Below are positions 27,563 through 36,701 of a stretch of DNA of 64,000 nucleotides, in pieces (within the stretch, counting starts at the first letter, position 1; the number at the start of each line of letters is the position of its first letter). The DNA is from an uncultured delta proteobacterium (lineage in GTDB: Bacteria; Myxococcota_A; Polyangia; Fen-1088), in the NCBI GenBank assembly GCA_963755125.1, contig CAVWIP010000011.1, positions 128,001-192,000 of the forward strand, written 5' to 3'. The position numbers and the translations under genes were made by a program. Below the pieces are notes generated by a model. It was not told the DNA's origin. It did not search any database and saw only the letters and a list, made by a program, of their open reading frames with translations.

Positions 27563-30055
27563 CTAGAAACGCACCAGCACGCTTGCCAGTGCGCGGGGCA
27601 TGGGTACGATCGCGCCATCGCTGCGTACTTCGAGGTCGCGAAGCTCACGCTCGCGAGCATCGCACAGCGTGGCCGCTCGGATGGGGCGGCTGGGACAGGA
27701 CAAGCGCACCTCGAGCGCGGCGTGCGCAAAGCTGGCGAGACGGGCCACCACCGCGTCGCCCTGGAAGGCCGGCTTGAGCGCGGTCACCTGCACGTCGTCG
27801 CGGTCGACCAGCATCACCGAGTTGGCCAGGTCGTCCAGGTCCGGCTCGCTCGGGCCGAACATGGCGGCTCGCAGTGCCCGCCGCACGTGATGGGGCAAAC
27901 GGTTGCTTCTGGCATCTCCATCCGTCGTGAACGACACCGCGTAGTCGAGTTGCCCCTCGTGGGGATCGGTTCCCGACGCCGGGTGGGCGAGAATCGGCAG
28001 GAGGTGAAACGCCGTCTCGCGGGGCGCGTGGCGCAAGGCGATCCACTCCAAACCCCCCGCACCGTCGCTGGCGACCGCCGCGGGCCCTCCGAGAAAAGCG
28101 GCCAAACCGATGTCGCGGACTTCGTCGCGCAGGTGCACGAATGAACGCGCCGGCCAGAAGGTGGGACGGTAGAGCTTGTGCGCCGGCCGCTCGACGATTC
28201 CGCCCGGCACATCCATGGTGAGTTTCTGCGTGGTTAATCGGGTTGAAAAGTGACAGGTGATGGTCCGGCCACGCTGCGCCGAACCTTCCAGGCGCATGCG
28301 CAGGACCGGCGAGTTCTTGCGCATCCACAGCCAGCGAACAAAGGGGCGCTCGTCGAACTCCGAGTCGACGCGCACCTCGAGCACTCCGCCGCGCGTTCGC
28401 GCTTTGATGCGAGCCGGTTCGTGCCTGGCGCGTGCGTGCTCGACAAAAAAGCCGCCACGGAATTCGTGGCCCAGACGCCACAGGCCACCGCTGTCACGAT
28501 AGCTCACCAGATCATTGGAGGGGCCGCAGAGAAGCTCGTCGCCCGACGGCTTGAGGCGGAAACTGGTGATGGCGCCTCCCTGTTGCTCGCTGAGCTCGAC
28601 CCGATAGGAGTCGGTCTCCACCACCAGCGTGCCCGAGTCGAGCTGGAAGAGCGGGGGCGGGCTCGGCGGAAACTCGGGCGCCGCCGGTCGGATGGCGCGA
28701 ATGCGTGCGAGCGCATGGTCCGCTAGTGCCTCGGCCCGCGCCAGCCAGGGCTGCTGCTCTTCCCGCCAGATGCGATCGGGCGAGGTTCCGGTGATGAAAT
28801 CGTGGTGGTTGCTCAGCACCGCCAGATCCCAGGCACCGCGCAGATCGTGCGCGATCTGGGGCTCGACCGCGACGTCTGCCGGGGATGTGCCCAAGGCCGC
28901 AAGCCTCGGCAGCAGCGTCAGCTTTTCCGCGATCACCAGCTTGCGCACGGTGCGGTTGGCGCGTCGCTTGGCCTCCGGTCGGCTGGCATAGAACCCCATC
29001 CAGTAGGGATTCGGGTCCAGGGCCAGCACGGGCAGAGCCGACTGATGGCAGGCGACCAGCGCGAGGTAGTCGTCCAGGCCGGCGTTGACCGTCCACACCC
29101 CGTTCGACGGGTAGCGGGTGCGGTTGTAGCGGTCGAGCAGCGCGACCAGTTCCGCGATGGGGCCGTTGAAGTCGCCACCGATGGGACAGAACAGGTAGGG
29201 TGTGCGGGCAAGCGGCGCGAGATCCCTGAGGTAGCGTTGGATACGGCGTGCGACGTGCGTTTCAGTTCGCCAGGGAAAACCGTAGACGCGATCCATCCAG
29301 CGGACCACGCCAACGTGAGCCAGCAGATCGCCCTGGAAATAGCTGAAGGCATTCCAGTGGCACAGGACCTGCGAGCCGTCGGGGCCACGCCAGACGAAAT
29401 CGGCGGTCTTGAGTTGCTTGCCCAGCAACTCGGCGCTGGAGCCTGGCAGTGGAAAGGCCGACTTGCGGCGATAGTCGCTGCCGACAAAGTACATGCCATC
29501 GATGCGCGTGATGGCCGCCATGTCGAAGCCCAAGGCGCAAAGCAACGTGGGCAACGCCGGCGAATGGCCGAAGTCGTCGGGCAGGTATGCCAGCCGCGGT
29601 TCGACGGTCATGCCGTTGTCCTTCAGCCAGCGCTGTCCGTCGGCGTAGTCGCGCAGGATGGCTTCGGTGTCCGGCAGCACGGTGTCGGGTGTGGTGATGC
29701 CGGTGCCCGTCAAGCGCAGCCGGCGCTGGTTGATCAGGCCGCGCAGCCGCTCGCGCTGCGCCGGGTTGCCTTGCCAGTAGCGTTGCAGGAAGAACAGGCT
29801 CTCAATGGAAAAGACCCGGCGTGGCTCCTGCTCGAGCCCCTGCAAGACTCGCTCGAAAATGCGGGGGATGCACAGTTGGTAGTATTCCTCGGTGGTGTGC
29901 AGCCAGTTGGGATCCCAGTGGCTGGTTTCGCCGAATACCAGGATCTGCCTGGCTTCAGGTGGAATCCCCAGACTGGTGCGAAGCGCAGCTTCCCCAGGAC
30001 GCGCAACTATTGCGCCGTCAGAGCCGAACAATGAATCATCTTTCGCAGGCACCAA
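27563..30055 (-). CDS. GH38 alpha-mannosidase-family glycoside hydrolase (no signal peptide seen)
   Basis: SHWDPNW (Zn ligands), LPDDFGHS (nucleophile), GGDF, NHHDFITGTS. TTG start is uncertain. Confidence 0.85.
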   Translation of the reverse strand: MVPAKDDSLFGSDGAIVARPGEAALRTSLGIPPEARQILVFGETSHWDPNWLHTTEEYYQLCIPRIFERVLQGLEQEPRRVFSIESLFFLQRYWQGNPAQRERLRGLINQRRLRLTGTGITTPDTVLPDTEAILRDYADGQRWLKDNGMTVEPRLAYLPDDFGHSPALPTLLCALGFDMAAITRIDGMYFVGSDYRRKSAFPLPGSSAELLGKQLKTADFVWRGPDGSQVLCHWNAFSYFQGDLLAHVGVVRWMDRVYGFPWRTETHVARRIQRYLRDLAPLARTPYLFCPIGGDFNGPIAELVALLDRYNRTRYPSNGVWTVNAGLDDYLALVACHQSALPVLALDPNPYWMGFYASRPEAKRRANRTVRKLVIAEKLTLLPRLAALGTSPADVAVEPQIAHDLRGAWDLAVLSNHHDFITGTSPDRIWREEQQPWLARAEALADHALARIRAIRPAAPEFPPSPPPLFQLDSGTLVVETDSYRVELSEQQGGAITSFRLKPSGDELLCGPSNDLVSYRDSGGLWRLGHEFRGGFFVEHARARHEPARIKARTRGGVLEVRVDSEFDERPFVRWLWMRKNSPVLRMRLEGSAQRGRTITCHFSTRLTTQKLTMDVPGGIVERPAHKLYRPTFWPARSFVHLRDEVRDIGLAAFLGGPAAVASDGAGGLEWIALRHAPRETAFHLLPILAHPASGTDPHEGQLDYAVSFTTDGDARSNRLPHHVRRALRAAMFGPSEPDLDDLANSVMLVDRDDVQVTALKPAFQGDAVVARLASFAHAALEVRLSCPSRPIRAATLCDARERELRDLEVRSDGAIVPMPRALASVLVRF

Positions 30056-30141
30056 GGTTCACTCGTTAAGCCTTCCAGCAGCGCCATTCATTATCAAGGA
30101 CGGTTGTGCGACCGACTGTAGATGAACGCAGGCTCCATCTC

Positions 30142-31335
30142 CTACGGAAGCGCGTAGTCCTTGCTGTGTGGCGGGGTGAAGTTCGAGCTGCCGAACAGGA
30201 TACGCGAGCGCGTGACGATGCCGCGGTTGTGGCGCAGCTCGTACCCGAGTTGCAGCAAGCCCGCGAGCCCGAGCCGGAGCGGATTCAGGTGCAAGGCTGG
30301 CGAGCCCTGCAGCCCAATTGGCGGACGAGTCGCGCTGGGAGCGACATAGGTGCCGAAAACGCGGTCCCACAGCATGAACAGGGGTCCGCCCAGGTTGATC
30401 AGCGAATGCCCCGGGAGCGCCGAGTGGTGCATGTAGTGATAGGGACCATCGCCGTAGAAGGCGCCGAGCGCACGCAGCGGCCGGTTGTGCCAAAATGTCG
30501 CGTAGAGGGCGGTGTTGTGTGAGCCGATCAGCGGGATCTGGCCAATCATGCGCAAGAGCAATGCCTCTGCAATCATGGCGTCCGAGTGAAAGAGCTTGGC
30601 GGATATTCCGAGTCCGAGCTGAAAGGGGACGCTGACGAGGAAGAACAGTGGAAAGGCGGCGAACACAGGCTGTGTGGTCGGGATGGTCAGAAACGGGGGC
30701 ATGTGGTGGGGACGATGCCAGAGAAGCCAGAATGGCCGCCAGGTGTGGCCGAGGCGGTGAAACCAATACTGGAAGAGATCGACCAGAGCGATGCTCACCA
30801 GGAGAGGAAGCGGGTAGGGCAGGTCTACCAGGGTCGGAACACGGGCAACCAGTGCCCTGGACCAGTCTGTGTAATGGCGGACAAGATGGAAGCCGAAAAA
30901 GAAACCCTGTCCCATGGCAGCGCTGACAGCGCCGGCCAGTCCCAGGCCCACATACAGCATCAGCGAAACGACCATGGTGAGCAGGAAGAAGGAGACGATT
31001 TGTCGCCGCGGCAACCCCTGGGCAATTGAGAAACCGCGATAGAGCATGATGCCGTTCCAGGCGAGCACGAACGCCCCAAGGGGAAACATGACGGCGAGCC
31101 AGCCTGGCGAGAGACCGGCAAGTTGACCGTGCAGCCGCGCCAGGGAGCTGCTAGGTTCGTCAACCAGCCCCAGGCCGAGCATGACGGTTTCATGCGCGAA
31201 CGCATCGACGACCACGGTAAGCGCAAAGGCGATGGCAAACACCACGTAGCCGGCGCGGAGCCATGGCTCCCAGCCAGCGCGCGGTTCAGGCGGTTCCCAG
31301 GCGAAAAGCCCAGTCGAGCGACCACCTCGTGCCAT
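30142..31335 (-). CDS. Sterol desaturase/fatty-acid hydroxylase family membrane di-iron enzyme
   Basis: His boxes YWFHRLGH, WHRPHH, SHN, YHYMHH and WDR.FGTY. Several TMs. Confidence 0.88.
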   Translation of the reverse strand: MARGGRSTGLFAWEPPEPRAGWEPWLRAGYVVFAIAFALTVVVDAFAHETVMLGLGLVDEPSSSLARLHGQLAGLSPGWLAVMFPLGAFVLAWNGIMLYRGFSIAQGLPRRQIVSFFLLTMVVSLMLYVGLGLAGAVSAAMGQGFFFGFHLVRHYTDWSRALVARVPTLVDLPYPLPLLVSIALVDLFQYWFHRLGHTWRPFWLLWHRPHHMPPFLTIPTTQPVFAAFPLFFLVSVPFQLGLGISAKLFHSDAMIAEALLLRMIGQIPLIGSHNTALYATFWHNRPLRALGAFYGDGPYHYMHHSALPGHSLINLGGPLFMLWDRVFGTYVAPSATRPPIGLQGSPALHLNPLRLGLAGLLQLGYELRHNRGIVTRSRILFGSSNFTPPHSKDYALP

Positions 31336-31381
31336 GGCCCAATTTGTAGCACCCGGGATGGCGCTGCGCTATCTCGCGGGG

Positions 31382-32212
31382 CTATTCCACGCGTACCGCG
31401 TAGTTTCGCACCTCGGTCTTTCCCGATCCGGAGGCCACCTCGTTTCCTAGTTCCAGACAGGCGACGTAGACGTTGCCGTCCAGCAGACGTTTCTGCAGCA
31501 GGTAGTCGATGATCGCGCCGACGTCGAGAGGACCGTGCAGGATGGGTTTCGCAGCCAGCAGCGAAATAATGGTCCAGGTGTTGGAACTGCCGCCCGAGGC
31601 ATCGCCGTGATTATTGGCAAAGTAGATGTGGAATTGATTGCCAGCAATGGTCGCCGTGGCAACCAGACTGCCGGCCGGTCCCAGCCGATTCTCGGCCAGC
31701 CAGATCATCACCTCGTGGGTTATCCCGGCCTTGCTGACGATTGGGGAGGACACAGTCCAGAATTCAAAGGCCAGGTCATACGAGCCCGACGCGCGCATCG
31801 ATACGTCGAAGTCCGCGACGAGTTTCTTCGTACCGACGCGAAAGGGGAATCCCGAATTGGGGGCGACCTCGCCGGCCCAAGGGCTGTTGCCGACTTGGAT
31901 TTCCGGGTAGCTCGCCACGTCGGTCCCTCCTCCCCACCATTTCCACACCCAGCCGAAGATGGGTTTGCCATTGGATTGCTTCACGAAGATCTTCTGGCGG
32001 TATGGTCCGGCGGAGGCCTTTGCGTTCCAGGCGTTGTTGAAGATGCGATAGCGGTCGTCGATGGTCGTCGCCGCGAAGTTCTTTTCTGCTTCAAACACGG
32101 TGGTGCCCTCGCTGCCGGAGAGATCGAAGTCGGCCCGCACCGAGCCGAAGCAGCCAGAGGCCAATGGCAACGACGGAAGCGCTAGCAGAATGAAGGGGAA
32201 AAGGCGTCGCAT
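31382..32212 (-). CDS. GH12 endoglucanase lipoprotein
   Basis: Lipobox ASGC, NNAWN, SYP, YDLAFEFW, HEVMIW (nucleophile Glu), LELGNEV (acid/base Glu). GGAGG RBS. Confidence 0.88.
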   Translation of the reverse strand: MRRLFPFILLALPSLPLASGCFGSVRADFDLSGSEGTTVFEAEKNFAATTIDDRYRIFNNAWNAKASAGPYRQKIFVKQSNGKPIFGWVWKWWGGGTDVASYPEIQVGNSPWAGEVAPNSGFPFRVGTKKLVADFDVSMRASGSYDLAFEFWTVSSPIVSKAGITHEVMIWLAENRLGPAGSLVATATIAGNQFHIYFANNHGDASGGSSNTWTIISLLAAKPILHGPLDVGAIIDYLLQKRLLDGNVYVACLELGNEVASGSGKTEVRNYAVRVE

Positions 32213-32244
32213 GTGTGTCCTCCGAGAAGGGTGCTGTACGAAAA

Positions 32245-32937
32245 TCAGAGCGGCGTTCCTGCTTCGATGAGCATGGGTTGGTTGTGGTGCGGGCGGGGCT
32301 TGGTAGCCGCCACGCAGGCGCGCGTGAACGTGGCGCCCAACCGTTCCCACAGTTTCTCTTCCACGTCGTAGGGCAGGCCGCGCCGGTATCCTGCAAACGT
32401 GACCGTGGCGAGCTTTCTGCCGGTGACGCCGCTGCGAATCACGATGGTGGCGACGGCGTGATCCGCGGGCATTTCCTTGACGTGTCCGTGGACATAGGCG
32501 GCCACGTCCATCACGGCGCCCATATCGCGGTATTGCTCGGCGGTGTCCACCGCGGGCAGCGCAGTCTCCACCTTGATCCCTCTGTCGGTGAGTGCCTGAA
32601 TCACATGATCGCGCACGGAATAGGTGTCCTCTCCGGCGAAAGCGAGGACCGCGACCTTGCCCCCGGCAACGGCGGCCTCTTCCGCCTCGGCCTTCGCCTT
32701 GCCGCGGGCTGCGGCGCGAGTGGCTGCCCTGGACAGGTGCTTGGTCTTGGCCTTGGCATGGCTTTTCGCCCGCCGGGGCGCAGCCTGGACCACTGGGGCC
32801 GTGCCAATCACCGCGGCCAGGGCGAGCAACGCCAGCAAGAACCCACGCAGCGCGAGTCGCGCAGACGCGAGTGGGCGGACGGGCAGCGCACAGGCGACGA
32901 GCGTAGGGGACGAGGCGCAGGCGCGAAGCAACGACAT
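32245..32937 (-). CDS. Hypothetical exported protein with Lys/Ala-rich segment and alpha/beta domain
   Basis: Hydrophobic signal, basic linker, KVAVLAF strand, GC3 bias. Start uncertain. Confidence 0.65.
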   Translation of the reverse strand: MSLLRACASSPTLVACALPVRPLASARLALRGFLLALLALAAVIGTAPVVQAAPRRAKSHAKAKTKHLSRAATRAAARGKAKAEAEEAAVAGGKVAVLAFAGEDTYSVRDHVIQALTDRGIKVETALPAVDTAEQYRDMGAVMDVAAYVHGHVKEMPADHAVATIVIRSGVTGRKLATVTFAGYRRGLPYDVEEKLWERLGATFTRACVAATKPRPHHNQPMLIEAGTPL

Positions 32938-33059
32938 CGGGTGCGCGCGAATACTACCCTGGTTTAGGCGCGGTCCGGGAGTACTTCTTGCAGGCTCGCT
33001 CCCGAGGTAAAATATGAGGCTAGGGTTCGATCCGAAAATACGATTTCAGGAGTACCATC

Positions 33060-34640
33060 ATGTTGCAACGGTTGTTCGCTCCGGCCCTTGTCTGTTCCAT
33101 CGCGTTCGTGATTCAAGCTTGCGGTAGTTCGGACTCCACACCTTCCGGTAGTGGCGGCTCGACCGCGTCCGGGGGGACGATAACTCCATCGGGAGGCACG
33201 ACGGCTGGGGCCGGTGGCAACCCGCAGGTTACCGGTGGCTCGCAGAAGGACGCCGGCATGAACGCCGATGCAGCCGCTGGCAGCGTCGCAGACGCCGCCT
33301 CCGATCTCGGCCAGGCCTGCGACCAAACCCTGTCCGACAACTGGAACACTGCTGCCTGCACCAGTCGAACCGGAACCAGCACGTTCTCACTGGCCACCTC
33401 GGCCCAGGTGGATTCGCTCGTGATCTGGGTCGATACCTCGGTGGCCGGTGTGACTCTCAGCTACACCTTGACCGGCGCAGCCGGTGCGGTCAGCTCCGGC
33501 AATCTCGACCAGGGAACCTGCGACCCTTATCAGTCGCAGTGGTGTGCCCTCACCGCCCAAGTCTCCAAGGTCCTCTCGGCCGGAAGCTATTCAATTCAGA
33601 TCTCGGCCGCTGCCATCTGCGCCAACAGCGGATCGTCCAACGTCGGCTTTGTCCGCGTGCTTGGTTGCACCGCCACGTCCACAGGGGGCGCAAGTGGAGC
33701 GACGGGGGCGACGGGTGGGGCTGGCGGAGCGACGGGGGGGACGGGTGGAAACGGTGGTGCGAGTGGAGGGGCGGGGGCTGGGGCCACGACAAGCGGGGCT
33801 GTGCAGCCTATTTTGCACTTCACGTTCGATGAGACGAGCGGCATCATTGCAAAGGACTCGGCGGGCAATAACGACGGCACGGTCACCGGTGGGACGTGGA
33901 CCGCGGGCGGCAAGATCGGAGGCTGTCTGTCGCTCGACGGGACGGGTAGCGTGCAGGTTGCGATGCCGAAGGGACTTCCGGTGGGCAGCGCGCCGCGCAC
34001 GGTGGCGATCTGGTTCCAGGCCAGAAAAGATCTGTCGGCGTCGACGGAGGCAGGAATCGTTCAATGGGGCTCGGCGGTGGACGGTCAGATGTTCGGGCTT
34101 ATTACCTCGATGAACGCGCCCGACAAACTCTACTTTTTCGGGTACAACGTCGACACCTACGGCACGACTGCGCTGGCCCAGAACGTTTGGTATCACGGCG
34201 CCGTCACCTACGACGGAACCAATGTCGTGCTCTACCTCAACGGCAAACAGGAAGCCTCGCTCGTCGCGCCGCTCAATACCACACTGAGCACCGACGGTCT
34301 CACGGTGGGAATGCGTCTGCCATCCACGGGTTGGACGGGGCTGCTCGACGATCTCCGCATCTATGACGTCGCCCTTGGCCCCGCCGACATTGCCACCCTT
34401 GCCAACTCCACGGGAACAACGACATCCACCGGAATCGCGACATCCACCGGAACCGCAACGGGCAGCGGCACACAAACCTGCGTCAATCCGGGCCCGAATT
34501 GTCAGGCGCTCGCCGCGTGTTGTCCGAAGGTCCCAGCCGCCGCTCAGTCCGATTGTCAATCCTGGGCAAACCAATGTGGCGAAACGGCCTGTGCAACTTG
34601 GCTGACTGGAAACACCGTGGGCCTTCTGTACTGCCAATAG
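33060..34640 (+). CDS. LamG/concanavalin-A-like jellyroll lipoprotein with Gly/Thr linkers and Cys-rich C-terminus
   Basis: Lipobox IQAC, HFTFDE.SG..A.DS.G.N.G, WYH.AVTYDG...LYLNG, G.LDDLRIY..AL. CAGGAG RBS. Confidence 0.85.
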   Translation: MLQRLFAPALVCSIAFVIQACGSSDSTPSGSGGSTASGGTITPSGGTTAGAGGNPQVTGGSQKDAGMNADAAAGSVADAASDLGQACDQTLSDNWNTAACTSRTGTSTFSLATSAQVDSLVIWVDTSVAGVTLSYTLTGAAGAVSSGNLDQGTCDPYQSQWCALTAQVSKVLSAGSYSIQISAAAICANSGSSNVGFVRVLGCTATSTGGASGATGATGGAGGATGGTGGNGGASGGAGAGATTSGAVQPILHFTFDETSGIIAKDSAGNNDGTVTGGTWTAGGKIGGCLSLDGTGSVQVAMPKGLPVGSAPRTVAIWFQARKDLSASTEAGIVQWGSAVDGQMFGLITSMNAPDKLYFFGYNVDTYGTTALAQNVWYHGAVTYDGTNVVLYLNGKQEASLVAPLNTTLSTDGLTVGMRLPSTGWTGLLDDLRIYDVALGPADIATLANSTGTTTSTGIATSTGTATGSGTQTCVNPGPNCQALAACCPKVPAAAQSDCQSWANQCGETACATWLTGNTVGLLYCQ

Positions 34641-34659
34641 GCTCTTGCGCCGGGCGGCA

Positions 34660-34911
34660 CTAGTGCTGCCCGCCAGAAAATGTTGAGGGGTTGGCAAGAG
34701 TCCCCTCGGGCAGCACGCGAGCGCAAAGCGCGAGCCGCGAGGCCGTAAGGCCGAGCGGGGCAAGGGGAGACCCGGCGGGCTTTGCCCGACGGGGGGAGGG
34801 GCTCTCCCCTCCGTAAATCGAAGCTAGTGCCGCCTCGCTTCCTGTTCTAGTGTCCCTTCTAGCCGCAAACATCGGTCGGACCCTTTCGGAACTTCTGGCA
34901 GGCGGCACTAG
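34660..34911. mobile_element. MITE/REP-like non-autonomous element bounded by CTAG-containing inverted repeats
   Basis: Left end CTAGTGCTGCCCGCCAGAA (34660-34678) matches the reverse complement of the right end (34893-34911) at 17/19. Several internal hairpins and no credible gene. Confidence 0.7.
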
Positions 34912-36260
34912 TGTGCGGGCGAGCCCGCTGGCGGGGCAGGGGAAGCCGCGGGCGCCGGGGCGGGATAGCCAGCATTGTAGGGGGTCCCAAAGGGTGCCGG
35001 AGCTGGAGCCGGCGCCGATGGCAGGACACTGGGCGGGGTGGGGGCGGCTGGAGTTGCAGGCGCAGGGCCGGGCGCTGGCGGTGCAACGCTGCTAGGCGCG
35101 GGAATCGTGGGCGTCGGAGCGGGTGATGGCGCGGCCACTGGCATCGGGCCCAGGGTCGGGTAGGCGGCTTCAGCAGGATGTGGCGCTGCCGGGGGTGGCG
35201 CGGGCGCGACCGGCGCGGCAGCGGCAGGCGGCGACGGGATGGCGGGCGGGGCCAGGGCTGGCAGGGGCACGAACTGAACCGCCGATTTTTGCAAGATGGG
35301 AATGAGAAGCGTGTTGCGTTTGCTGTCGAGGCCGATATCGGCAGGCGAGGGAATTTCCGATATGACTTCCTTGAATTCTTGGCCAGGGAAACCACGGTAG
35401 ATGGCGGACGCCTCCCAGCTCGAAATGAGGAATGAGCCGTCGCCTAGTCTCACGATTCCATCGAGTCCACCCTTGGGTAGCTTGCTGGCCGGTCCCGTGC
35501 CGCCCTGGCGATTGACGTGGAAAAACAGGTTCGCGCCCAGAGTGACGACCCACACCCCGTCACTGTCCGCCAGCAGGCCGCTCGGCCAGTGCAGGGCCTG
35601 GTCACTGATGAGCGCTTCCGCCGAGCCTTTCTTGACGTCGATCGCGTAGATCGCGTCGTCGCCGGTACCGGCGAAACTCCCGGCCTTGAAAGTCACGGCG
35701 CTGTCGGAAGCGTAGAGCGTCTTGCCATCAGGCGACGCCGAAAGATCGTTGAGGAAGACCGAATTCGCCACCTTGATCGTGCCCTTGGCTTTGCCGCTCT
35801 TGCGGTCGAACTTGCGGATGACATTGAGATCCGCGACGTAGAGGATGTCCCCAATGATTGTCATTCCCTTGGGCGCGTTCAGCTCGCCTCCCTTCTTGCT
35901 TCCGTCGACGAACTTGAGGGCCATGATCTTGCCGTCGGGAGCAATCTTGGAAATGAAACCGTTCTTCTTGGGGACGGCGGAAGCACCGCTGATGTTGCTG
36001 ACAAAATACACATCTTGGTCCGCATCCCAGAGCACGGACTTGGGCATTTGCAGGCCGGCATCCCTGACCACAATTGTAGGCGGTCCGGGCGGCGGGGGCG
36101 GGACAGGCGCAGGGGCCGGCTCGGCCAGCGCAACCCGCGGTGGCCGCGTTGGCTGGATGCACGTCGATGGCGCGGGGACTGGGCAGTGGCAACATCCGAC
36201 CGCGAGGCTCGCAACACTCGTGGCTAGCAGAACGGGGATACAGCGTCTCGAACGATCCAT
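34908..36260 (-). CDS. SMP-30/gluconolactonase-like beta-propeller lipoprotein with Pro/Ala-rich tail
   Basis: Lipobox AVGC, YFVSNI.G, GFISK, LNAPKGM, FLNDL, LDGI, PADIG.D. AGGAGAGG RBS. Confidence 0.8.
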   Translation of the reverse strand: MDRSRRCIPVLLATSVASLAVGCCHCPVPAPSTCIQPTRPPRVALAEPAPAPVPPPPPGPPTIVVRDAGLQMPKSVLWDADQDVYFVSNISGASAVPKKNGFISKIAPDGKIMALKFVDGSKKGGELNAPKGMTIIGDILYVADLNVIRKFDRKSGKAKGTIKVANSVFLNDLSASPDGKTLYASDSAVTFKAGSFAGTGDDAIYAIDVKKGSAEALISDQALHWPSGLLADSDGVWVVTLGANLFFHVNRQGGTGPASKLPKGGLDGIVRLGDGSFLISSWEASAIYRGFPGQEFKEVISEIPSPADIGLDSKRNTLLIPILQKSAVQFVPLPALAPPAIPSPPAAAAPVAPAPPPAAPHPAEAAYPTLGPMPVAAPSPAPTPTIPAPSSVAPPAPGPAPATPAAPTPPSVLPSAPAPAPAPFGTPYNAGYPAPAPAASPAPPAGSPAH

Positions 36261-36410
36261 TCTTCACCTCTCCTGGTTGCCATTCAGGCACAAATAGCGC
36301 GTGGCCACAGACTAGACCGATTCCAGCGGCAAGCCAAGCTCGCCGAAGTGTGACCACGCGGCGACAGCACCGTGACCCGAATGCGGACAGGAGCGGCAGC
36401 AAGGTGTAGC

Positions 36411-36674
36411 ATCCATTTTTACCCGATCAGCCCGACGAATCCGCTGGTCACTTGCGTCACGGCCAATGAGAATCGCTGGAACCGATACCGCATCTGGAGG
36501 CCACTTAGCCTGCTGGTCATGGTCCGCCAGACAGCGCCTGAATGGGAGATCACGATCTTGGACGAGCACATGAGGCAGCCGGACTTCTTGGCCTTGCCTC
36601 GTCCTGATCTGGTGGGCATTGCCGCATTCACTTTCCAGGTGCCCAGGGCCTACCAGGTGGCCTCGCATTTTCGT
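36411..36674 (+). pseudogene. N-terminal remnant of a B12-binding radical SAM protein
   Basis: FYPISPTNP...W.PLSL....T.PEWEITILDE.......PDLVGI.AFT.Q..RAY..A..FR is a cobalamin-binding N-terminus. The likely start position reads ATC, and no CxxxCxxC domain follows. Confidence 0.65.
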
Positions 36675-36701
36675 CACCACTCACCTACGCCAGTTGCACG
36701 G

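Noticed and set aside
28723..28734. CTAGTGCCTCGG resembling the MITE end
   Set aside because: It lies in frame within the intact GH38 gene (AEALA) with no partner end, so probably chance.
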